Shown: one piece after another, positions 50,479 to 57,436 of the stretch
Numbering within the stretch: position 1 is the stretch's first letter
Layout: each line of letters begins with the position of its first letter
Source: Candidatus Saccharimonadia bacterium
GTDB lineage: Bacteria; Patescibacteriota; Saccharimonadia; UBA4664
Reading direction: 5' to 3'
Assembly (NCBI GenBank): GCA_038245115.1
Contig: JBBRSS010000006.1
Coordinates: 1 to 57,436, forward strand
DNA: 57,436 nt
The notes under the pieces: generated by a model
Told to the model about the DNA's origin: nothing
Database searches by the model: none
The model's input: the letters and a program-made list of their open reading frames with translations, nothing else
Translations under genes and position numbers: made by a program

Positions 50479-50889
50479 CTACGATGCCATGGCGGCAACC
50501 AGCTCTTCTTTGGCAGAAACCTCGGCTTTTTCTTGTTTATCGCGGAGCTTTATCTTGAGCCATTTGGTGAGTCCCCAAGATTGCTTAATGATGCCAGTGT
50601 ACTCGGTGATGAGCGCATCGGTGGCGCCGAGGGTACGGGCTTCCTCGAGATATTCTTGGGTAGCTTCGGCGTGACGCCGCATGGCGCTGAGTTCGTCGAG
50701 CTTGAGGTGGTAACTGAACAGTCGGTGGGTCCCCATGATGTGGTGAGAGACGGCGGCGCTTGAGCGACGCAGGTCGTTGCCGAGACCATAGAACTGATCG
50801 GCAGGGAACTGCTTTACTAGCTCGTAGACTTGATCTTCGGCCGCGCGGGCGGACTTGTAGATACGTAGTTGTTCGATTGATTCGGCCAT
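50479..50889 (-). CDS. Four-helix-bundle protein (23S rRNA IVS protein / Avd-like family)
   Basis: LRIYKSARAAEDQVYELVKQFPADQFYGLGNDLRRSSAAVSHHI matches the family pattern (IYK.A..L...IY.L...FP..E.Y.L..QLRRAA.S). Confidence 0.7.
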   Translation of the reverse strand: MAESIEQLRIYKSARAAEDQVYELVKQFPADQFYGLGNDLRRSSAAVSHHIMGTHRLFSYHLKLDELSAMRRHAEATQEYLEEARTLGATDALITEYTGIIKQSWGLTKWLKIKLRDKQEKAEVSAKEELVAAMAS

Positions 50890-50967
50890 GAAACACTCCT
50901 TTATGTAAAACTCTATATCTCCCTCAGGACATCAATATACCGAACAGGAACCGAACAGTCAAGTACC

Positions 50968-50988
50968 AAAAAAGCCGCAAGTTGCGAC
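50968..50988 (-). terminator. Minus-strand terminator after the small acidic ORF
   Basis: rc reads GTCGC-AACTT-GCGGC followed by TTTTTT. Confidence 0.4.
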
Positions 50989-51012
50989 TGAGTGGGGATC
51001 TTGCTATGGGGG

Positions 51013-51246
51013 CTAATCTTGCTGGGTTGGCGGAAGAGCTTGATCTTGGTCGGGAGGGGGTTTGGGGCGATTTGCTTCGGCAAGGGAGTCGATGGCGATA
51101 AGTGATACTTGCTCTTCGCTGAGGCCCAGAGGGGCTTCATTAGTTTGATTTTCGTATTCGTCTTGGATTTCGATGTCGTTTAAATTATCTGTCGGTGGAA
51201 GCTGGAGGAAGAAGTCCTCGTAGCTAGTGGAAAACTTTTTTTTCAT
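51013..51246 (-). CDS. Small acidic hypothetical protein
   Basis: ATG 51246 gives MKKKFSTSYEDFFLQLPPTDNLNDIEIQDEYENQ... (77 aa). The longer ORF to 51432 is less plausible. Confidence 0.35.
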   Translation of the reverse strand: MKKKFSTSYEDFFLQLPPTDNLNDIEIQDEYENQTNEAPLGLSEEQVSLIAIDSLAEANRPKPPPDQDQALPPTQQD

Positions 51247-51443
51247 TTCTACCTCAATTATGAATGTATGTCGCTCACGAAGATTTGCGTACCCAACTAT
51301 CACAAGATACTCCGGCCGGAGAATGGAGCAAAGGCGATGACTTACAAGATTTATGGTCAAAATTGAGGGCAGGTTTGTGAAATGATCTGATTCGGTTTGG
51401 CTAGATGGTCTGTGAACACCAAAACGACTCACCGAGATATTGC

Positions 51444-52625
51444 TTAGGCTGGCACTTGATCCTGGTAAAACATGAGGCCCAATTTGATTTGCAGCGCATC
51501 GTCGAAGTGGCGCGGGTCGAGCCCGATAAGTTTTTTGGTTTTATCGAGACGGTAAATGAGAGTGTTGCGGTGAATGTGGAGCTTGCCGGCGGCGTCGGTG
51601 AGGTTGAGTCCGGAAGCCAGGAAGGTTTGCACGGTTTTGAACAACTGCTCGTCGCGCAGCAAGGGGGAGAGAATTTGGTGCGCCAGCTCGGCCTTACGCT
51701 CTTGGCTGGTGCTGGCTAGAGTAATGAACATGCCGACCTGTTTGATGTGGTAGACTCGCCCGGTACCCCAAACTTTGCTGCCGACTTCGAGGGCGAGTTT
51801 GGCATCTTGGTAGCTTTTGCGTAGGCCGGCGAGTTCGGGATAATATTGGCCGACGCCGATAGTTATTGGTTGGTCTAGCTTGAGGCCGGTCATAATACTT
51901 TGTACGGTTCGGGCATGTTCGCCCAGTTGGCGAAGGGTATTGATGGTAGTTAGTGATTCGCCGGTGAGCGCTTTGAGTAACACTAATTGGTCGTGGCCGA
52001 GGTAGGCTACGAGGTTTTCCTGCAGGTTGTTGAAGCCGGCTCGTAGGCTGATGTTGTGGGTTTCGGCGACCGAGTCTATCTGGAGCTGCTGCTCTTCGGA
52101 GGATAGTTGAGTATGCTTGGCACGAATGGAAGTTTCGAAACCGTCCAGGTGGATGAGGATGGCGGCTTGGGGCATGCGGAGATTGAGCTGGAGGATGTCG
52201 GCTTGGTGATGGACGTCGACTGAGTTGATGCTGGGGGCAGTGAGGAGTTCACGGAGGAAATCGGCGCGGACGCGTTCGGCTGACTGGATCTTATCGAGCA
52301 AGAAGTGCTGGTAGACAATGACTTCGGCGAGACCTTGCAGGAGAGTGATGGCTTCTTGAGTGATCGTGCCGGTATCGAGGGGTAGGCCGAAGACTGCGAC
52401 GGTGCGCTCGTCGTAAACAAAGGGCCACCATTTGGTCTGGCGGTCGTTGAAGTCGGAGGTTGTGGCACGGCCGGTTTGTGCTGCCGAGAGGGCTTCGGAC
52501 ACGAAGCTGCGGTTAGGCACGCCGGCAAGGATTTGGCCGGAAAGATCGGCGATAAGTAAGTCGCGTTTGAGCACCTGATTGGCTTTGTCGGAAATCTGCC
52601 GGGCGAGGGCGGTGTTTAATACCAT
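51444..52625 (-). CDS. CdaR/PucR-family transcriptional regulator (paralog 2)
   Basis: N-terminal diacid-recognition-like LARQISDKANQVLKRDLLIADLSGQILAG. C-terminal PucR HTH AGKLHIHRNTLIYRLDKTKKLIGLDP. Confidence 0.8.
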   Translation of the reverse strand: MVLNTALARQISDKANQVLKRDLLIADLSGQILAGVPNRSFVSEALSAAQTGRATTSDFNDRQTKWWPFVYDERTVAVFGLPLDTGTITQEAITLLQGLAEVIVYQHFLLDKIQSAERVRADFLRELLTAPSINSVDVHHQADILQLNLRMPQAAILIHLDGFETSIRAKHTQLSSEEQQLQIDSVAETHNISLRAGFNNLQENLVAYLGHDQLVLLKALTGESLTTINTLRQLGEHARTVQSIMTGLKLDQPITIGVGQYYPELAGLRKSYQDAKLALEVGSKVWGTGRVYHIKQVGMFITLASTSQERKAELAHQILSPLLRDEQLFKTVQTFLASGLNLTDAAGKLHIHRNTLIYRLDKTKKLIGLDPRHFDDALQIKLGLMFYQDQVPA

Positions 52626-52627
52626 AA

Positions 52628-53755
52628 TTATCGCTCCACGAATCGGCTATATAGGATAGCTAACTTTATTTGAATGGCATCATCAAAAACACGCGGATCG
52701 AGGCCTAAGGTTTCGGTAATGCGGTCGAGCCGGTAAACGAGCGTGTTGCGGTGGATCTTGAGGGTTTCGGCGGTACGGGTGAGGGACATGTCGAAGCTAA
52801 AGAAGGCTTCCAGGGTTTGGATGATTTCGTGATTTTCGCCGACGCGGTCGAGCAGTTCACGGGAGAAATAGATGTTGTTCTCATCGACACCGGAAAGCAG
52901 AGGAGCGACTACGCCGAAATCGTCGATATGGTAGATGCGATCGACGTCCCAGGTTTGAGCGCCCAGCTCGATGGCGGAGGTGGCTTCGTGGTAGCTTTGG
53001 CGCAGACCTTCGAGACCGGGGTGGTAATTGCCAACGCCGACGGTAGTTGGTGGTTTGAGCTCGCTCTTGAGAATGCTATAGATCACACTGAGGCTTTTCT
53101 TGAAGCTTTCGAGGGCGGCGGTCAGCTCGTGCTCATGATCGCTGGAACCGACCAAGTCTTTGAGAATACAAAATGAGGTGCCACCGAGGTAGCTCACTAC
53201 GTTTTCGCGGCTGGAGGTGTAAAAGGAGTTGAGGGCACGATTGATGCCGAACTTGTAGCGGGTGAGGCGGATTTCTCGGTCGCCGGTGGGGTCTTGGAAG
53301 CGGGCGGTGAGAGTGGGGTCGTCGATTTGGATTACGATGGCGATGCGCGGGCGGTCGAGTTCGATGTCGAACAAGCGAGCTTCGGCGGCTAGCAATGACC
53401 ATTCGGGCTGGGGCTGATTTAGCAGATCGTAAATAAATTTATCGAGGCGTTCATCTTGGTGAGGGATTTGCTCGAGAACTAGCGATTGATGCATTACGAG
53501 CTCGGCAATTGAGCGGATGAGCGGCGAAATCTCGTCGTGGTTGGGCATTTCCGTGTCAAGAACAATGTATCCAACGATGCTGCCGCCATAGGAAAATGGA
53601 ATAGCCCAGGGGATGGCGCTAATAGTCACGTTTTCTGGTTTTAGAGCCGAAGTTTGAGATAAGGCTTGCCCATTGGCATCGGTGAGGCGCAGGTTCTGGT
53701 TGACCAGTGCACTCACTTTGGCGCAGATTTTGTCGGCGATTTGCTGACTTAGCAT
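52628..53755 (-). CDS. CdaR/PucR-family transcriptional regulator (paralog 1)
   Basis: Same architecture: QQIADKICAKVSALVNQNLRLTDANGQAL ... TAETLKIHRNTLVYRLDRITETLGLDP. Confidence 0.8.
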   Translation of the reverse strand: MLSQQIADKICAKVSALVNQNLRLTDANGQALSQTSALKPENVTISAIPWAIPFSYGGSIVGYIVLDTEMPNHDEISPLIRSIAELVMHQSLVLEQIPHQDERLDKFIYDLLNQPQPEWSLLAAEARLFDIELDRPRIAIVIQIDDPTLTARFQDPTGDREIRLTRYKFGINRALNSFYTSSRENVVSYLGGTSFCILKDLVGSSDHEHELTAALESFKKSLSVIYSILKSELKPPTTVGVGNYHPGLEGLRQSYHEATSAIELGAQTWDVDRIYHIDDFGVVAPLLSGVDENNIYFSRELLDRVGENHEIIQTLEAFFSFDMSLTRTAETLKIHRNTLVYRLDRITETLGLDPRVFDDAIQIKLAILYSRFVER

Positions 53756-53864
53756 GCTCCGTTACCTCTTACGTTGGCAGATAGTACAATTAGTGTATGT
53801 TTTTCGAGGGTAAGGCTGCAAGCATAACTGGGTTATGAAAAAGCCCCTCAAAAGTGTGATTTTT

Positions 53865-53883
53865 TTGATAGCTACTTGATAGC
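53865..53883. repeat. Direct repeat TTGATAGC-tac-TTGATAGC upstream of the CdaR pair
   Basis: ttgatagctacttgatagc, with 11-bp periodicity, ~110 bp upstream of the start at 53755. Confidence 0.5.
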
Positions 53884-53933
53884 CAAAATAATTGATTGAG
53901 CTTAAGCACGCCGAGATGATTGAATAATGACTT

Positions 53934-54010
<77 letters not shown>

Positions 54011-54063
54011 TTAAGACCATCGAAATTGTAGCTTATTTTGATGAATGCGGAAAGGTTGGGCAT

Positions 54064-54093
54064 CCGACGGGGGCAAGAATCTGCCCCCGTCGG
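54064..54093 (-). terminator. 12-bp GC hairpin downstream of the Gam-like gene (no clear U-tract)
   Basis: ccgacgggggca-agaatc-tgcccccgtcgg. Confidence 0.4.
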
Positions 54094-54104
54094 TTGCGGG
54101 GTGG

Positions 54105-54683
54105 TCAGGGCTTGCGGAGCCCCTTTGGCTTGCGGACAGGGTTGGTGTAGGTGCGCAGGACCTCGGTGAGGCGCGACGGTTTTGGTGCCGACGTGGACTT
54201 GAGGAGCTCACTGTCGATTCGGAAGTAGTCTTCGAGGACAACTTGCAGCCCCTCGATGTCGGCGAACAGACGCCGTTCGGCCGCGATGGTGTCGCGGTTG
54301 AGCGTGACAGTGACCGTGAGGAAGCGGGACCCCTTGTCGGCGACCTGTCGGATGACGGCCTGTTCCTCGCCGGTGATCTCGACTCTCCATTTGCTACTTA
54401 GATAAGCATCGAGCACGGCCGGGGGGAGCTTGATGGCGCGACCGATGCCGTAGCGATGCAGATTGCGCCTGTACCACTTCATGAGCGCTGTCTTGCTCTC
54501 GCGGATGATTTCGCGGTGAGGTTCGGTGGCCCTGCGGTGCTGAGCCTTGGCGGCGGTCATAGCGGCCTGCAGTGGTCTGGTGACCTCGGCGAGATTGCCG
54601 TCGTGTGCCCGGATGGCCAGTTCGGCCTGGATAATCTCTTCCGTCAGCTTGGTGGCTTCGTCGATGCCGTGAGGTGTGCGCAT
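54105..54683 (-). CDS. Phage Mu Gam-like host-nuclease-inhibitor family protein (tentative)
   Basis: ATG 54683. N-terminal coiled coil, then KWYRRN..AIKLPPAVLDAYLSSKWRVEITGEEQAVIRQVADKGSRFLTVTVTLNRDTI..IEGLQVVLEDYFRI. This aligns by eye with the Mu Gam layout as I recall it (GWCEANR..VSWRVRPPSVSIRGMDAVMETLERLGLQRFIRTKQEINKEAI..GITVKSGIEDFSI). Confidence 0.5.
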   Translation of the reverse strand: MRTPHGIDEATKLTEEIIQAELAIRAHDGNLAEVTRPLQAAMTAAKAQHRRATEPHREIIRESKTALMKWYRRNLHRYGIGRAIKLPPAVLDAYLSSKWRVEITGEEQAVIRQVADKGSRFLTVTVTLNRDTIAAERRLFADIEGLQVVLEDYFRIDSELLKSTSAPKPSRLTEVLRTYTNPVRKPKGLRKP

Positions 54684-54866
54684 GGTGTGTCCTTCCCGGG
54701 ACTGTGGGGCTGGGTGGTCGAAGAACGACAGCTTGGGACTGCAGACAGGAATTATTACATATATTGGGACGAAATTCATCGATAGAGAGCTTGAAGGCGG
54801 TCGCGACATCCCGGCGAGAGGATTTTCGACCGCCTTGAGCGGACTATAGGACAGGGTTGGTTGGTC

Positions 54867-56003
54867 TTATTGAAGAGCAGTGACGCCGATGAGTACACCG
54901 TACCCGCTGGGCCCGTCGAGGCCGCGGCTGGCGGCGCAGACAAGTTGCACCAGGCAGGCGCCGTTGCTGCCGACGCGGACGTCGTACATATTCCTGGTTG
55001 AGTGAGGCCGGACGTTGTTGGTGCCGGCGAGGGCGTAGGCTGCGGCCATTATTGGTGAGGCGAGGCTGGTGCCGCCGATCTGCGAGAAGCTGCCTTGGTA
55101 GTACAGAGCAACTCCGGTAGCCGGGTCTGCTACGGCCGAGAGATCGTTTTGGTACTTCATGGTGCCGCACATTGTTCTGGCTTGGTCGGCTGGCTTGGTG
55201 GTGAAGGCCGAGCAGCCGCCGCCGGTGCCGGACCAGACGGTTTCGGAGAGACGAGATCCGGTGGAGTTCAGGATGGCGGTGGTGCCGCCCACCGACACAA
55301 CTTTGGGGGCGGTGCCGGGGAAGGTGGCGCCGGTGCCGCTGTCGCCGGAGGCAGCAACGTAGCGCACGCCGGGGGCGCTGAGGTGTTGCGCGGCGAAGTC
55401 ACCCTCAGACGACCATTCACCCGAGCCCCAGCTCATATTAACTACCTTGGCACCGAGGCGCACAAGGGTGTCGAGAGTGTTTCCTAGGCTACCGGTTCCA
55501 TCGTATGTGGGGGCGTTGGCTTCGGAGACAATGATGCGCGAGGAAGGGGATAGCCCGGCCGCGTAGACATCGAGGGTTTCTTCGAGGCCCCAACTGGAGT
55601 CGAAGGCGGGGTAGGTCTTGCCGCCGAAGGCGTCGACTACTTGGAGGCAGGCGCGTTGGGTTGCTGTTTGGCATGAAACTAGAGGGGCTAAGCCCGATTT
55701 TTGGCGGCTGGTATTGACCTCGGCGAGAAGGTTCGGATTGTGGCCGACAACCGAGATGCCGATAGTGGAGGCGTTCGGGTTGGTGGGCAGCTTGTAGACC
55801 GCCTTAATCTGCTGCAACGTGAGCGCACTGGCGTTGCCGGTTGGCACGGCGTGAGCTTTCGCTCGCACGAACGAATGCACGATTGGCGCAGTTGAGTGCG
55901 CGGGCGCCGCAATTGCGTTGGCGTTGCCGCCGGGCAGGGTGGCGGTGAAGACAATGCTGGTAATAAGGGCAAGGGATGAGAGCAATTTGTTGTGGGAATT
56001 CAC
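54867..56003 (-). CDS. Secreted S53 (sedolisin/kumamolisin-like) serine peptidase lacking an obvious propeptide
   Basis: Signal peptide. LTLQQIKAVYKLP...TIGISVVG, LEETLDV (Glu/Asp), YVAASGDSGTG, GGTSLASPIMAAAYAL (the nucleophile Ser). Confidence 0.75.
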   Translation of the reverse strand: MNSHNKLLSSLALITSIVFTATLPGGNANAIAAPAHSTAPIVHSFVRAKAHAVPTGNASALTLQQIKAVYKLPTNPNASTIGISVVGHNPNLLAEVNTSRQKSGLAPLVSCQTATQRACLQVVDAFGGKTYPAFDSSWGLEETLDVYAAGLSPSSRIIVSEANAPTYDGTGSLGNTLDTLVRLGAKVVNMSWGSGEWSSEGDFAAQHLSAPGVRYVAASGDSGTGATFPGTAPKVVSVGGTTAILNSTGSRLSETVWSGTGGGCSAFTTKPADQARTMCGTMKYQNDLSAVADPATGVALYYQGSFSQIGGTSLASPIMAAAYALAGTNNVRPHSTRNMYDVRVGSNGACLVQLVCAASRGLDGPSGYGVLIGVTALQ

Positions 56004-56168
56004 GAGGGCTGCTTTCTGCTCGGCATTCGAGCAATTATGGCCTGAACACGATTAATTGCGATATAATAGCATTAATTGCCAAAATAGTCAAGGGTAAGCG
56101 CAAAAGTAATGGCTACGCTCATTGATTTCATTCGAGACTTACGGTATATTACGACCTTGTATAGGTAC

Positions 56169-56245
56169 GGGTCCTTAGCTCAGTTGGCTAGAGCGCCTCA
56201 TTGACGTTGAGGAGGTCAGAGGTTCGAATCCTCTAGGACCCACCA
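56169..56245 (+). tRNA. tRNA-Val (anticodon GAC)
   Basis: GGGTCCT TA GCTC AGTTGGCTA GAGC G CCTCA TTGACGT TGAGG AGGTC AGAGG TTCGAAT CCTCT AGGACCC A CCA. Confidence 0.9.
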
Positions 56246-56258
56246 GTAATTATTTTCG

Positions 56259-56282
56259 TACCGCCCTTCGGGGCGGTTTTTG
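56259..56282 (+). terminator. Rho-independent terminator after tRNA-Val(GAC)
   Basis: Stem accgccc/gggcggt, loop ttcg, then TTTTT. Confidence 0.7.
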
Positions 56283-56313
56283 GTATGATGGGTTTATAAC
56301 AAGGGGTGCCGCA

Positions 56314-56511
56314 ATGGCCGAAGCCGAGAACAAACGAATGCAAGAAGCGCTTCAACGCGCAAAGGCGCCGAAGCGACCAACAGGGCTGGGCGGTAAGGCC
56401 GAGCCTTATGAAGCGGCGGACGATGCGCCTGCTCAGGATGACGATGGCTGGAAGCGCCCCGAGCGCGTAGAGCACACCTCCGAGAAAGAACACCCTCCGG
56501 GGAAGGAATAG
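56314..56511 (+). CDS. Small charged hypothetical protein
   Basis: ATG after AAGGGG. 65 aa, rich in Lys/Glu/Asp/Pro and Ala. Confidence 0.4.
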   Translation: MAEAENKRMQEALQRAKAPKRPTGLGGKAEPYEAADDAPAQDDDGWKRPERVEHTSEKEHPPGKE

Positions 56512-56518
56512 AGGGGTT

Positions 56519-56734
56519 ATGGGAGTAGACGGGTCAGAGTCAGGGCTGAGCGAAGAGGGGATAGCTGCAGACAGGAAGGAGCGGCTTCAGGCGCTATCAG
56601 ACGCGCTGCTTCAGAGGGGGACGCCGCCGGAAGTTAAGCCCCCGATGCTGTTTGGCGATGCTGGTCTCGATATCGTTGAGCAGGGTGAAGCTGATAAGGC
56701 CGAGACGGTCACAGGGATTGATGCCCAAAATTAG
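56519..56734 (+). CDS. Hypothetical protein, 5' part of an ORF interrupted by an in-frame TAG
   Basis: 71 aa. It is in the same frame as ORF 56786-57256, and only the TAG at 56732-56734 separates the two open stretches. Confidence 0.45.
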   Translation: MGVDGSESGLSEEGIAADRKERLQALSDALLQRGTPPEVKPPMLFGDAGLDIVEQGEADKAETVTGIDAQN

Positions 56735-56785
56735 GCCGAGGCTCGCGAGAGAGCTGCCAGGCTTGCGACGGAGCGGGCGGCCGCG

Positions 56786-57256
56786 TTGGAAGGCAAGACC
56801 CCGCAGGAGCGGGCGAATATGAAAGTTCAGTGGAGGGTTGATGACAATCAAGCGGCTGCAGACGAGTTGAATGCGGGTGCGTCTGGTGCTCGTCAGAAAG
56901 AGACGTCTCCTGTTGTTGTAGATCCGGGATCCAGCGCGGCGATAGATAGATTAGCTCAAGCTGCTAAGGAGCTTCGAGATGATGCGACTGCTAAGGCGAA
57001 GACTGAGGCCTTTAGTTTGGATAGGGCCGCGCGTAGGGCGGCAGCGGCGCAAGGAGCAATCCGCCCGCGCCAAGTTTTGGGTGCATTAGATCAAATAAAG
57101 TTGGAAACGAAAAATCCAGCCCTGGAACCTGGTGCGCCGGATCGTGAGGAGACAGTTAGAGGTGAATGGTCGCAGGAGAAATTGATTCAAACGCCAGAGG
57201 AAGCGCGTAGGATTGCCGAAGAGTTGGCCGGAGATAAGGGCTCTCCATCAGAGTGA
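56786..57256 (+). CDS. Hypothetical charged/Ala-rich protein, 3' part of the TAG-interrupted ORF
   Basis: 156 aa from TTG 56786 (alternative ATG 56819). The frame stays open and coding-like (AEARERAARLATERAAAL) back to the TAG. Confidence 0.45.
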   Translation: MEGKTPQERANMKVQWRVDDNQAAADELNAGASGARQKETSPVVVDPGSSAAIDRLAQAAKELRDDATAKAKTEAFSLDRAARRAAAAQGAIRPRQVLGALDQIKLETKNPALEPGAPDREETVRGEWSQEKLIQTPEEARRIAEELAGDKGSPSE

Positions 57257-57354
57257 TGATCATTTTATATCCTGTGAAAGACAATTTGCTCGGGGAAGTC
57301 TTTTCCAATTGAATAATAAGCATGAACAGCACACGCCGTAGCGATTAATTATTG

Positions 57355-57436
57355 TTACTGTTCATTGCTCCACGGCAGTACTTTGCCCCATATCGGCAGC
57401 TTGTCTTTAGCCTGCTCCATGAGTACAGCGAACTCC
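57355..57436 (-). CDS. C-terminal 26 codons of an unidentified gene entering from the right edge
   Basis: The minus strand reads ...EFAVLMEQAKDKLPIWGKVLPWSNEQ, then TAA (57357-57355). Confidence 0.3.
   Translation of the reverse strand, partial: EFAVLMEQAKDKLPIWGKVLPWSNEQ

Noticed and set aside
50479-51450. A diversity-generating retroelement around the Avd-like gene
   Set aside because: No reverse-transcriptase ORF and no template/variable repeat pair is visible on either side. Kept only as a low-interest note.
54045-54401. 118-aa plus-strand ORF, and other plus-strand ORFs antisense to the Gam-like and S53 genes
   Set aside because: The minus-strand genes have family-like motifs, and the plus-strand translations are Gly/Arg/Val-rich shadows.

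Overview
This is a gene-dense 57.4-kb bacterial chromosomal window. By inference only, the gene content suggests a small-genome, monoderm-type lineage, possibly Saccharibacteria/CPR-like. The supporting traits are a secretin-less type IV pilus locus, many 4-nt gene overlaps, 7 tRNAs with encoded CCA, and NrdR, L25/Ctc, bPH membrane proteins and a four-helix-bundle protein. Layout: (1) 1-2.6 kb is a patchy left end with a Fic protein and a GC-rich secreted protein made of an internal duplication. (2) 2.6-19.1 kb is a single-strand ~16.4-kb type IV pilus superoperon. It holds two large paralogous secreted proteins and a TPR-like protein, then pilM-N-O, a small membrane protein, pilB, pilT, pilC, the major pilin, pilD, four pilin-like genes and a polyPro-vWA gene. 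(3) 19-20.5 kb holds a Xer-like tyrosine recombinase and a PadR regulator. (4) 20.5-28 kb holds envelope and housekeeping genes: a cutinase-like esterase, an O-antigen-ligase/TPR protein, uppP-dedA, an M16 peptidase, ndk and a CYTH protein. (5) 28-35.5 kb is a tRNA-rich mosaic with duplicated tRNA-Arg(CCU) around a low-GC murB-like gene, duplicated bPH genes, a PpiC-type isomerase, and tRNA-Asp followed by an orphan-gene islet. (6) 35.5-48.5 kb is housekeeping again: HAD, flavoprotein, GNAT, SH3b, Glu dehydrogenase, tRNA-Thr/Gly, a GT2 synthase with a WecA-like transferase, L25, nrdR, adk and nadD. (7) 48.5-57.4 kb holds a small ORF with a Y-family polymerase, a four-helix-bundle protein, tandem CdaR/PucR regulators, two opposed tRNA-Val genes around a Gam-like gene and an S53 peptidase, and charged orphan ORFs. 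Main leads: (a) a G8 homopolymer sits exactly where a pilin-like ORF and a signal-less polyPro-vWA ORF overlap, and a 1-nt change fuses them into a modular vWA pilin. (b) Two pilus-operon paralogs have divergent N-terminal halves on a conserved C-terminal module. (c) A 43-bp module with a 7-7-7 palindrome lies next to the recombinase/PadR pair and recurs 21 kb away in the same orientation, with partial copies upstream of dinB. (d) tRNA-associated duplications, att-like repeats and orphan islets are present. (e) One orphan gene is split only by an in-frame TAG. No CRISPR array, rRNA or intact IS/transposase was seen.
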